Source of the DNA: a bacterium
GTDB lineage: Bacteria; Babelota; Babeliae; Babelales; UASB340
NCBI GenBank assembly: GCA_030629005.1
Contig: DAOVPV010000006.1
Coordinates: 3,472-67,471, forward strand
Length of the DNA stretch: 64,000 bases
Direction: 5' to 3'
The position numbers and the translations under genes are program-made. Position 1 is the stretch's first letter; each line of letters begins with the position of its first letter. The notes under the pieces were generated by a model. The model made no database searches, was not told the DNA's origin, and saw only the letters and a list, made by a program, of their open reading frames with translations. Shown one piece after another: positions 47,364-57,062 of this stretch.

Positions 47364-48314
47364 TTAAGGTTGAAAAACTTCTTTTTGAGCAAACAAATCA
47401 GATCTCTCCAAAATTTTATCTAATAGATCTAAAACCTCTTGAATTGTTGGACGATATTCAGGCCAATGCCCCCAACATTTGCTTATAATATTATTAATTG
47501 AAGCAAACTCAGGGTCAAGATAAGGACGAGCACCACGCAATATAGAATTCGTAAAAACATCCGGATCATCAATAAAATTTGCAGTAGTTTCATCATAAAA
47601 AATATAATGAATCAAATGACCTAATGCATAAATATCATCTGAAAAAGCCACTGTATATTCTGCCTTTTCCTGCCAAGCAATTATTTTTTCGGGTGGAAAA
47701 AAAACAAGAGTACCACAAATTCCTTCAGACCGCTCTCTAATATCACATGACATAGATAAATCAATTATTTTAGGAATATTACCATCAAACATAACAATAT
47801 TTTCGGGCTTCAAATCGCAATGAACAATATTGTTTTCATGCAAATATTTAACACCTAAACAAATTTTCTTTGTCATATCTAAGCGTTCTTTAAAGGACAA
47901 TATACCTTTATTTTGCGCTAAAAAATCAACTAAATCACATAAACCTTGAGAAGTTACTATTACAAAACTTTTAGGATCATATCCAATTAAATCAACAATA
48001 AATTCACATTCTGAAAACCGATGTAAAATATCTACTTCTTGAAAGAAAAATTGTGAATTTCTTTTTACTATTTCCTTCGATTTAGAAGGAATGCTCCTAT
48101 AAACCAAAAAAACTACTGGCTGCCCCTCCAATAAGCCCTTATAAACAATCTTTTCACTCCCACCAATAAAACGTTCATATTCCTTTGCAATTGTAGCTCT
48201 ATCTAAAACTGTAATAGAAAGCCCAGCATTCCTTTTTGTGGGCTGCATAGAAAAAAGATTTATAATAAAAAATAAAAATATTAAAAATATTTTAAAATTT
48301 TTAAATTTCAACAA
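47364..48314 (-). CDS. eukaryotic-like Ser/Thr protein kinase with N-terminal signal/anchor, WNK-like lysine placement
   Basis: The catalytic loop HCDLKPEN is intact, with DLS in place of DFG and PPE in place of APE. The G-loop reads IGGSEKIVYKG. The position expected for the beta3 VAIK lysine reads VVFL. Confidence 0.85.
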   Translation of the reverse strand: MLKFKNFKIFLIFLFFIINLFSMQPTKRNAGLSITVLDRATIAKEYERFIGGSEKIVYKGLLEGQPVVFLVYRSIPSKSKEIVKRNSQFFFQEVDILHRFSECEFIVDLIGYDPKSFVIVTSQGLCDLVDFLAQNKGILSFKERLDMTKKICLGVKYLHENNIVHCDLKPENIVMFDGNIPKIIDLSMSCDIRERSEGICGTLVFFPPEKIIAWQEKAEYTVAFSDDIYALGHLIHYIFYDETTANFIDDPDVFTNSILRGARPYLDPEFASINNIISKCWGHWPEYRPTIQEVLDLLDKILERSDLFAQKEVFQP

Positions 48315-48329
48315 AACAGATTGCCCCTA

Positions 48330-49892
48330 TTATTTAGATAAATAGTATATTTTTATACCAAAAAATTTTGTAGTCTTATAAAGCAAATAGCCACAAAACC
48401 CAGCCAAGGGAATAATAATAATCCAAAAACCATAACTATTCTTAAAAAATTCGTAATAACTTGTAAATGTTATCAAATGAAAAAATAATTTGTACAAAGC
48501 CATATAAATCGTAGACACAACAGTTAGTTGTAAAATATATTTAAATAAAAAACTGAAATATCTAGCATGATAAAATTTAAAATCATATTTTTTACTAAGA
48601 AATATAAAATATAATATTGTTAACACAACTCCAGAAATAGCGGTTGATGCGGCAATACCAAAAGCTCCCCAATAAATCATACCAACAATATTTGCAACAA
48701 TGTTTAATAACGATGAAATCACTAACGCAATAGTAGGGGTTACAGTATTATTCATAGCGTAAAACACATTTACCAATACTTTATTTAGGCAATAAAAAAC
48801 AAGTGCCGTCGAATATATAATCAAAAGATTTTTTGCAATCAAAGCATTTTCTAACGTTGTAACTTTTCCAAACATTAAAATTGTAAAAATTTCTTTTGAT
48901 ACAAATATTAAAAACATCATTGCCGGCAAGACAAGCCATGTTATTAATTTAGTGCTTTCAAATATTTGAAACTTTAATCTTTTTGGAGCATAAGCAGCAT
49001 ACCTAGAAAAATGTGGCAAAATAATTGTCGCAAATCCAACTGCAAAAATACCGATGGGCATATTAACAAACCGACCAGCATAATGCATCATAGATACATT
49101 TCCAGCTTTTAAATAAGAAGCTATTGCCGTATCTGCAAATAAATTTATCTCGATAATACTTACACCCAAAAGACTGGGTAAAAATTTTGTTAATATCTGT
49201 AATAAAGACTTATTCGTTTCTCTAATCGGCTTTCTAAACCTAAAATTATAATAAAAAAAGGCAATTAAGTGCATTATAAAAGAAATCAAACCTGATAATA
49301 AAACACCATAACAAACTGTAGTTAGAGATAGTCCCCAAAACTTTGCTCCTAGTAAAAATACAATCAAAACAATGTTCATCACAACAGGACCAGCTGCAGG
49401 AATTGCAACATGATTAATCGAATTCAGCGCACCAGATAAAAGAGCCGTAGAAGAATAAAAGAACAACATTGGAAAAACTATACGCAAAAAAGGAATCGCA
49501 TAACTCAACTGTTCTTCAGTAAACCCGGGAGCTGCAAAATAAAAAACATACCGAGGAAAAATTACAACTAACAAAACCAATAAAAAAACAAATCCCTCAA
49601 AAAATATAAATGTGGATGTAAGTAAACTACTTGCAAATTTAAAATCCTTTGTTCGCATTTTTTTCACAAAAACGGGCACAAACGCCGCAGACAAAGCTCC
49701 TTCTGCAAAAATACGTCTCAAAAAATTGGGAATCTTGAGTGCAATTAAAAAAGCATCTGAAACCGCTCCAACACCCAAAACACGAGCCAGCAGAGTCTCT
49801 CTAATTATACCAAACACACGACTCAAAAAAGTAATACTGCCAAACTGAACCGCTTTTTTTAAAATAGATTTCCTCGTTAAATTTAAACTCAC
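48330..49892 (-). CDS. murJ: lipid II flippase MurJ
   Basis: SRVFGIIRETLLARVLGVGAVSDAF...AEGALSAAFVPVF and about 14 TM helices match MurJ. Confidence 0.9.
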   Translation of the reverse strand: MSLNLTRKSILKKAVQFGSITFLSRVFGIIRETLLARVLGVGAVSDAFLIALKIPNFLRRIFAEGALSAAFVPVFVKKMRTKDFKFASSLLTSTFIFFEGFVFLLVLLVVIFPRYVFYFAAPGFTEEQLSYAIPFLRIVFPMLFFYSSTALLSGALNSINHVAIPAAGPVVMNIVLIVFLLGAKFWGLSLTTVCYGVLLSGLISFIMHLIAFFYYNFRFRKPIRETNKSLLQILTKFLPSLLGVSIIEINLFADTAIASYLKAGNVSMMHYAGRFVNMPIGIFAVGFATIILPHFSRYAAYAPKRLKFQIFESTKLITWLVLPAMMFLIFVSKEIFTILMFGKVTTLENALIAKNLLIIYSTALVFYCLNKVLVNVFYAMNNTVTPTIALVISSLLNIVANIVGMIYWGAFGIAASTAISGVVLTILYFIFLSKKYDFKFYHARYFSFLFKYILQLTVVSTIYMALYKLFFHLITFTSYYEFFKNSYGFWIIIIPLAGFCGYLLYKTTKFFGIKIYYLSK

Positions 49893-50563
49893 TTTAAAAT
49901 TCCACCTTCTAATTTTAAAACATTATCCATTCGTTTATATACTGCACCATCGTGAGAACACATAATCAAGCCCATATTCCAATCTTTAACACAATTTAAT
50001 AATAGATCTGTTATTACACTCGCATTTTGCTCATCCAAGTCTCCCGTTGGCTCATCTGCAAGCAAAAAAGATGGTTCATTAAAAATTGCACGTAAAATAG
50101 AAACCCTTTGTTGCTCCCCACCAGAAAGTTGTGTTGGATAATTATTTCCTTTCTCAATAAGGCCAACTTTATTTAACAACATTTTTGCTTTTTGTATAGA
50201 TTCCTCTTTCCTTTTTCCAGAAATTAAACCTGGTAAAATTATATTTTCTAAAACTGATAATTCTTTTATTAAATAGTGAAATTGAAAAACAAAACCTAAA
50301 TTTAAACTTAAAAGTTCTTCTTTTTGTTTCTGTTTTAATTTAAAAATATCTTTATCATCGAACAAAACCGCGCCACTTGTCGGTTCATCCAGCCCACCCA
50401 ACAAATGGATTAAAGTAGACTTTCCAGAACCTGAAGCCCCTGTTATGGCATAAGAAGAGCCGCGCTTAAACTCAAATGCCACTCCTTTTACAACTTTTAA
50501 TTCTTTATCTCCGTCCCAAAAGCTTTTAAATAAACTTTTTGCAACCAAAAATTCAATCTTCAT
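49889..50563 (-). CDS. ABC transporter ATP-binding protein (LolD/FtsE/MacB-type)
   Basis: GASGSGKSTL, LSGGEQQRVSILRA and DEPTGDLD are present. It overlaps murJ by 4 nt. Confidence 0.85.
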   Translation of the reverse strand: MKIEFLVAKSLFKSFWDGDKELKVVKGVAFEFKRGSSYAITGASGSGKSTLIHLLGGLDEPTSGAVLFDDKDIFKLKQKQKEELLSLNLGFVFQFHYLIKELSVLENIILPGLISGKRKEESIQKAKMLLNKVGLIEKGNNYPTQLSGGEQQRVSILRAIFNEPSFLLADEPTGDLDEQNASVITDLLLNCVKDWNMGLIMCSHDGAVYKRMDNVLKLEGGILK

Positions 50564-50770
50564 ATAAAATCCCTTTTACAAATATTGCACGAATTATGAA
50601 CAATATCCATATGTTTTAAAAATTTCAAAAAAATCGAATGATCCTCGATTTTCAACAGCAAATTCAATTAATATTAAGATTATTGAATTATACCAAATTA
50701 ATTTTTTATAATGCATCTGTAAACATTAGGGAAAATTTAGGGAAAATAAAAAATATATGGGGAGGGACCA

Positions 50771-53119
50771 ATGAAAAAAAATAACAAGAAAAAGATATCG
50801 GAACAAATTCCCAATCGCTTACCTATTGTACCAACTATAGACGTTGTGGTATTTCCAAACATGGTCGTACCTCTTTTAATTCTAGATCAAAAAATTATAG
50901 AAGGCATAAACAACACATTAGAAAACGATAAAAAAATTATCCTCTTGGCTGCAAAACAACCTGAGGATAACGCCGGACCAATAGGTATTGAAGACTTATA
51001 TCAAACCGGAACAATTGCAAATATAATGAGAACAATGCAATTACCAGACGGTGGAATAAAAATATTAGCCCAAGGTATTTCAAAGGCAACTATAAAAGAA
51101 ATAGATCAAGACGAAAATTCTCTTTATGCATTTGTTAATCCAATAAATCTAGACCCTTCTAAAGAAGATCAAAATCAACTAACAGCCATACAACGAAAAA
51201 TAATAGTCCTAGTAGAAGAACTTTCTGCAACAGGCAAAATATTTGGACCAGACTTTCAAATATTATTATCACAAATGCAAGAGCCAGAAAAAATTGCTGA
51301 ATTTATTATTTCTCATTTAAGTATGAGCGTACCTCAAGCACAAGAACTTCTAGAAAAAGAAACAATGTTAGAAACTTATCAAACAATATTTGATAACTTA
51401 ACAAATGAAATCGAAATAAGCCAAATTCAAGAAAACATTCAAAGTAATACTAGAGAATCAATAAATAAATCTCAACGAGAATATTATCTTAGAGAACAAT
51501 TAAAAAGTATTCACAAAGAACTTGGAGACGAAATTGAATCAGAAGTAGAAGATATGAAATCAAAAATCTCAGAACTTCCACTATCTACAGAGGCAAAAGA
51601 AGAAGCAATCAGACAATTAAGAAGACTTGAGCGAACAAGCCCTGATTCTATGGAATCCACCGTATTAAGAAACCATGTAGAATGGATTTTAAACCTACCA
51701 TGGGGAAACTACACAAAAGATAGTACCGATATACAAAATGTTAAAAAAATCCTAGATACTGATCATTCAGGATTAGAACAAGTAAAAGACAGACTATTAG
51801 ACTTCTTGTCTGTCAGAACATTAAAAGATGATTGCGACACTCCAATACTATGTCTTTCTGGCCCTCCAGGAGTTGGTAAAACGTCCTTAGGAAAATCTGT
51901 CGCGAAAGCTCTAGGAAGAGAATTCATACGAATTTCTCTTGGTGGAGTTCACGATGAATCTGAAATTCGCGGACATAGAAGAACTTATGTTGGAGCCTTA
52001 CCGGGAAGATTTATACAAGCTATTAAAAAAGCAGGAACAATGAATCCTTTAATCATGATAGACGAAATAGACAAAGTTGGGCAATCACAAAGAGGTGATC
52101 CTTCCGCAGCATTGCTAGAAGTTTTAGACCCAGAACAAAACAATGCATTTTATGACAATTACCTAGGTATCCATTTTGATCTATCTAAAGTTTTATTTAT
52201 TACAACAGCAAATGATCTATCGGGCATTCCAGAACCATTAAGAGACAGAATGGAAATCATTCAACTTCCTGGATACACACATGAAGAAAAAATTGAAATA
52301 GCAAGAAAACACTTAATAGAAAAGGCAATTATCAAGTCCGGTCTAGAAAAGAAAGGATTTAAAATAACAAATGAAATAGTTAGTGAAGTAGTAATAAACT
52401 ACACAAGAGAGGCTGGAGTTAGAGAGCTAGAACGATTTATCACAAAGCTTTGTTCTAAATTCGCCAGAGCTCTTGTTGAAAATAAAGAAAAAACATCATT
52501 TAATTCTGAAAATTTACGAACATTTTTAGGACCAAAGAGAATACTTGATGAAGATGGTAACCATACAGACAAAGTTGGTGTTACCAACGGACTTGCATGG
52601 ACACCATATGGCGGAGAGGTTCTTCAAGTTGAAGCAGTGCTAATGCACGGAAGCGGCAAATTAATTCTTACAGGCCAGCTTGGTGACGTTATGAAAGAAT
52701 CCGCACAAGCAGCCGTAACATACGCAAAAGCCCATGCCGAAATATTTGGAATAACTGAAGATATTTTTGATAAATACGATTTACATATCCACCTACCAGC
52801 AGGAGCAATTCCAAAAGATGGTCCTTCTGCAGGCATAACACTTCTATCTTCAGTTCTTTCTGTTTATACAGGTAGAGCCGTGAACTCAAACTTTGCAATG
52901 ACAGGAGAGTTAAACTTGCAAGGAAATGTACTACCAATTGGTGGACTTAAAGAAAAAATACTTGCAGCCAAAAGACGTGGTCTTAAAAATTTAATAATAC
53001 CTAAATTAAATCAAAAAGACTTAGATATAAACGATGAAAAAATATATAAAGACATAAACGTATTTTGGGTAGATGATGCAAAGGATGTTCTTGAAAAAGT
53101 GCTTTTAAAAAAGATATAA
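50771..53119 (+). CDS. lon: ATP-dependent Lon protease
   Basis: A LON N-domain, the AAA+ motif GPPGVGKTS and the protease motif PKDGPSAGIT with the catalytic Ser are present. Confidence 0.97.
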   Translation: MKKNNKKKISEQIPNRLPIVPTIDVVVFPNMVVPLLILDQKIIEGINNTLENDKKIILLAAKQPEDNAGPIGIEDLYQTGTIANIMRTMQLPDGGIKILAQGISKATIKEIDQDENSLYAFVNPINLDPSKEDQNQLTAIQRKIIVLVEELSATGKIFGPDFQILLSQMQEPEKIAEFIISHLSMSVPQAQELLEKETMLETYQTIFDNLTNEIEISQIQENIQSNTRESINKSQREYYLREQLKSIHKELGDEIESEVEDMKSKISELPLSTEAKEEAIRQLRRLERTSPDSMESTVLRNHVEWILNLPWGNYTKDSTDIQNVKKILDTDHSGLEQVKDRLLDFLSVRTLKDDCDTPILCLSGPPGVGKTSLGKSVAKALGREFIRISLGGVHDESEIRGHRRTYVGALPGRFIQAIKKAGTMNPLIMIDEIDKVGQSQRGDPSAALLEVLDPEQNNAFYDNYLGIHFDLSKVLFITTANDLSGIPEPLRDRMEIIQLPGYTHEEKIEIARKHLIEKAIIKSGLEKKGFKITNEIVSEVVINYTREAGVRELERFITKLCSKFARALVENKEKTSFNSENLRTFLGPKRILDEDGNHTDKVGVTNGLAWTPYGGEVLQVEAVLMHGSGKLILTGQLGDVMKESAQAAVTYAKAHAEIFGITEDIFDKYDLHIHLPAGAIPKDGPSAGITLLSSVLSVYTGRAVNSNFAMTGELNLQGNVLPIGGLKEKILAAKRRGLKNLIIPKLNQKDLDINDEKIYKDINVFWVDDAKDVLEKVLLKKI

Positions 53120-53136
53120 ACTCCAATCAACACAAT

Positions 53137-53172
53137 AAAAAAGAGCCTGCAACAAACCGCAGGCTCTTTTTT
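53137..53172. terminator. bidirectional rho-independent terminator
   Basis: AAAAAAGAGCCTGC-AACAAACC-GCAGGCTCTTTTTT lies between convergent lon and the phospholipase gene. Confidence 0.85.
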
Positions 53173-53192
53173 AAGACCTAATTTATTAATGC

Positions 53193-56100
53193 CTAACTTG
53201 CAACTTGCGCTTGAAGCTGATCAATTTTTCGTTCTATAGCGCCTAATATCTTATCTTTATTTTCAACAACAGCATGTTCCATAACTCCACTAAGTAAATT
53301 AAATTGTTTTTTTGTATATTTAAACTTTGCTGTATGGCAAAATCCTTTCAATGATTTAGTTTCTTTTTCTGGATCAAATGTAGAACTAAAATTCGGATTT
53401 TTTAATAATGCAAAATAAATAATTGTAGGAACTTTTGAATCACTTAAATCCTCAAATATCAATACTGAATTTTGCTTAATTTTATCTTTAAGCTCAGCTT
53501 TAATTTCAACATCAGTTTTATCCTTTTCATTAACCACAAGCTCCGGAAACGCTAATCCATTTTCTCCAGCCCATTTTTTAACTTTTAATAACGATCGCGC
53601 ATAAGTACTAACCCTTCCATTCGCCTCATACAATATTATTATGCTTGAATCTCTTCTTACCAGAGGTGGAACAGGAAAATCTAAACCTTCACCTGCATCA
53701 ACCAATTTTATATTTTTTATATTTCTCAACGGACTCCCCTTTACCCCCAATACGGGATTTTTTATCTTTGCAGGCCATAACCGCTGCTTCTCAAACTTCG
53801 AAAAAGCCATAACTTTTTCAAGAAAACCTTTAACTTTTGCAGGAAGTTTTTTTAACAAGCCATTTATCATCGTTACAAATCTCAAAGCAAATGCAGATCC
53901 CCATATCCCCATAAAAAATCCAATTTTTTGTTCTGGTGCAAAATTTTTAGATTCACCATTTAAAAATTTCCTACCAAAAGACCAAGTTGGAACATAAAAA
54001 TCTTCAATATTTGCACCAATATAGAATGGTGTATATTCAAACCATAAAAACGGTGGGCCGGGGCTTATTGCTGTTAATATTGGCATAGGAACAAGCCCTT
54101 TTGACGTATTTTCAGCCAAGTCAGAAAGAAAAATGCCTTCTTTCTTATATTTTTTCGTTTGACCAAAAAATTTATTGCCTAAAATTCCACCATAAATGTC
54201 TATTAAGTTTGTATGTTCACCAAGCATATTTTTCATAAAAATATTAGAAATAATAGACATCATATCTACAGGTGTCTTAAAAATATTCTTTTTAACTTTA
54301 TCTGCTAAAAACTGCTTATACTCCTGAGCCGATTTTCCATAATAAACAAACGGAGCAAAGCACCAAGTCGATCCTGAAATTCCAGCAATGTAAGTTACTG
54401 CGTCCAAAATTCCAATTTTTTCTAATCCAGAAAGTATACCGGCACTTGATATCATAGCCCTAAATCCACCGCCACTATGAGCACAAGCTATAACTGGAAC
54501 AGCTTGGGGCTCTATATTTTTATTTAAAACTTTGGACAATGCTTCTGCTCCAACCTTCCTTCTCTTCACTAAAAAATCTTTTTCTTCTTTAGATAATTCG
54601 GAACCAAAAGAAACATGTGCGACCTTTTTTTTGTACGGCCCTCTAGCTAACTTTTCACTCACCTTCTTTTTAAGCTTATCAAAAAAATCAAGCCCTCCCA
54701 GATGTCGACGTCCTAACCAACCCAATTGATTATATCCACGTAAAATGGAATTTCTTTCTTCAATATAAAAATTATGTCCCCGACCGAGCCCAATACCAAT
54801 CTTTGTTGCATTCAAAGAATCTCTGCCGCTAATCATATCTTTTAGATCATCTTTTATATACGAAAAAAACAATTTTCTAAAATGCATCCCTTTCCATTTT
54901 AGCCGACTTATAGATTCAGCTTTTCCTGCATCTATCTTTATTACACCTCCAGCCCTTTTGGCCTTACCACCTTGATGATAATATGTTGCAACAAAAATAT
55001 CTTTGGGCGCCTCATTATAAACGATTAAGCCCTTACTAAAAGAATCTTCATCAAAAGCCTTATCCTTAGGCCTAACAACATCTTTTTTCTTAAGATAAGC
55101 CGTCGCAAAATCTTTATATTCTTTTTGCAATTTTAAATTAGGATTATCTATCATTCTTAATGAAATTCGATTTAACTCATTAACTAAATGCAGCGAATTA
55201 CCTTCATGAACTTGATCCAAATTTAAAAAATTCGGCATCTGACCTTTTAAAGAATCTGTTTCATCCAAACCTTTTGCCATAACTTGTTCAACAATTTTAA
55301 AAAGAATCTTACCGTTCACAACTCTATAATTTAAACCCCAATAAAGTTTTATATTCCTAAAAGCTTTTATTAACTCTGACAAACCCGCTCTAATGTGCCA
55401 CTTGGTCATATCTTTTATCGTTATTTTTTTTGTAGCTTCCAAAATATATTTTTGAGCATTTTCTAAAAGAGCTCCTGGAAATAAATTAATTGCGCCTAAA
55501 TATTTAAAATTATTTAATCGATTCCGTTTCTCTATCAAACCTTGAAATTTTTTGGCCAGATCTCCAAGTAATTTTTCACCAACCGAAACTAACATTCTTT
55601 TATTTAGATCTCTTATTTCTTTGTTTAAATCGGCAATCTTTTTATCAAACATTTTTACTGAATCTGATCGCTCTTTTAATGCACCCTCCACCGTAGAAGT
55701 AACTCCATATAAATTAGAACGTTGAATTTCCCACTGATTATAAACATATTTAGATGGACCGTTGTTAGCCCAAAAAACAACTCGCTTATTATTTTTTAAC
55801 ATCCAGTCTAAAGTTGGCCACTTACCTTCTTTTTCTAAAATATCCCAATCTTCCGGCCTCAATGTAATCGCATCAATCCCAGAATCTCTTATAACCTTAT
55901 CTGTTGTTTCCATATCTATATAATTTTCTAACTCTATACAAAGAACTTCATCTCTATTTTCAAATAAAAGGGTTTTTAAAATTTCTAATGATTCTTTCAA
56001 GGTCATTGTCACATAATCAGTCCTTTTTTGTCGCTTAACAGCAATTAAAGCTTTTACCAAATTTACATAATTAAGTTTTCCCTGCAACCTTAATACTGGA

Positions 56101-56900
56101 CCCAATTTACAATCACCATGACAAAGCCTTGCCTCCACAGGACGACTTGATTTTTTTATATCAATATTTGTTCCCGGCTTTGTTGGATAACAATCAAGAA
56201 GAAAACATCGAACACCCATATTAAATTGTTTTATTATGTCATAGTATTGTTGATAATAAAAACGATAACCATCTTGAAAACATGAAAAAGAATTGTGAGA
56301 GGCTAACAAACAAACTTGATCTAACCTTAGCCTTCTGTTTGGTATAATCCATTTCTCCAAATCAATTTTAATATTTTCTCGCTTAAAAGAACTTTTAAAC
56401 AATGAATGCAATAGAATTTTAAAATGCCTTAACTTTGTATCTGCACCAAATTTTTCTAAATATTCTTCTCTTAACTTACCGTCACGCACGACCCTCCGAC
56501 CTAACAAATGTTTTTTATCCAAACGCTTATCTATTTCAACTTTACTATCTCGAAACATCTTAAAATAAACATCTGTTGTTTTATTATTTTCTATTCGAAT
56601 ATTGGGAGACCAGAGAGCAATATCAACAGGCTTATAATCTCTCTCTCTAAAAATAGAAACAACCATGTCCCTAACATCTGCAGAGCCTGAACCATGTTTT
56701 CCAGAGCGATAAGCTTTGCTCTTCTCTTCAGGTCTTAAAAAAACATGTCTCCAATTTGTCTTTCCAGACAAACGATATTCAACATCCAAATAATAAGGTG
56801 ATAAATTATGAAAACGAGTTTTACCAATATCAGAAAAAAGACTCGAACTAAAAAATAACATCCATCCAAAAAATAAATTTATAAATTTATTCATATTCAC
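53193..56900 (-). CDS. secreted multidomain phospholipase: PI-PLC-X-like domain plus cPLA2/phospholipase B-like domain
   Basis: A signal peptide is followed by LLASHNSFSC...GVRCFLLDCY...CHGDC, which is PLC-like phosphodiesterase. Later come HSGGGFRAM, GISGSTW and DAGEGLDFPVPPL, matching the cPLA2-type oxyanion hole, nucleophile elbow and catalytic Asp. Confidence 0.8.
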   Translation of the reverse strand: MNMNKFINLFFGWMLFFSSSLFSDIGKTRFHNLSPYYLDVEYRLSGKTNWRHVFLRPEEKSKAYRSGKHGSGSADVRDMVVSIFRERDYKPVDIALWSPNIRIENNKTTDVYFKMFRDSKVEIDKRLDKKHLLGRRVVRDGKLREEYLEKFGADTKLRHFKILLHSLFKSSFKRENIKIDLEKWIIPNRRLRLDQVCLLASHNSFSCFQDGYRFYYQQYYDIIKQFNMGVRCFLLDCYPTKPGTNIDIKKSSRPVEARLCHGDCKLGPVLRLQGKLNYVNLVKALIAVKRQKRTDYVTMTLKESLEILKTLLFENRDEVLCIELENYIDMETTDKVIRDSGIDAITLRPEDWDILEKEGKWPTLDWMLKNNKRVVFWANNGPSKYVYNQWEIQRSNLYGVTSTVEGALKERSDSVKMFDKKIADLNKEIRDLNKRMLVSVGEKLLGDLAKKFQGLIEKRNRLNNFKYLGAINLFPGALLENAQKYILEATKKITIKDMTKWHIRAGLSELIKAFRNIKLYWGLNYRVVNGKILFKIVEQVMAKGLDETDSLKGQMPNFLNLDQVHEGNSLHLVNELNRISLRMIDNPNLKLQKEYKDFATAYLKKKDVVRPKDKAFDEDSFSKGLIVYNEAPKDIFVATYYHQGGKAKRAGGVIKIDAGKAESISRLKWKGMHFRKLFFSYIKDDLKDMISGRDSLNATKIGIGLGRGHNFYIEERNSILRGYNQLGWLGRRHLGGLDFFDKLKKKVSEKLARGPYKKKVAHVSFGSELSKEEKDFLVKRRKVGAEALSKVLNKNIEPQAVPVIACAHSGGGFRAMISSAGILSGLEKIGILDAVTYIAGISGSTWCFAPFVYYGKSAQEYKQFLADKVKKNIFKTPVDMMSIISNIFMKNMLGEHTNLIDIYGGILGNKFFGQTKKYKKEGIFLSDLAENTSKGLVPMPILTAISPGPPFLWFEYTPFYIGANIEDFYVPTWSFGRKFLNGESKNFAPEQKIGFFMGIWGSAFALRFVTMINGLLKKLPAKVKGFLEKVMAFSKFEKQRLWPAKIKNPVLGVKGSPLRNIKNIKLVDAGEGLDFPVPPLVRRDSSIIILYEANGRVSTYARSLLKVKKWAGENGLAFPELVVNEKDKTDVEIKAELKDKIKQNSVLIFEDLSDSKVPTIIYFALLKNPNFSSTFDPEKETKSLKGFCHTAKFKYTKKQFNLLSGVMEHAVVENKDKILGAIERKIDQLQAQVAS

Positions 56901-57062
56901 CCTCAGTAAACTAAATAAATAAAATCACATAAAAATAAATCTAGCCCATATCTTTAAAAGAACACAAAGTCTTTTAAAAAAAATTTGAATACTTGCATTT
57001 AAAGACAATTGTAATTTAAAATTTTTAGACAAAAAAAGTTTTGATAATTGGGGAAATACAAA

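Noticed and set aside
52478-52510. Lon residues KEKTSFNSE (AAAGAAAAAACATCATTTAATTCT) resemble the SEETFNV repeat.
   Set aside because: The match needs a 3-nt indel, lacks the ATGTT arm, and there is no length excess relative to Lon proteins at that position.
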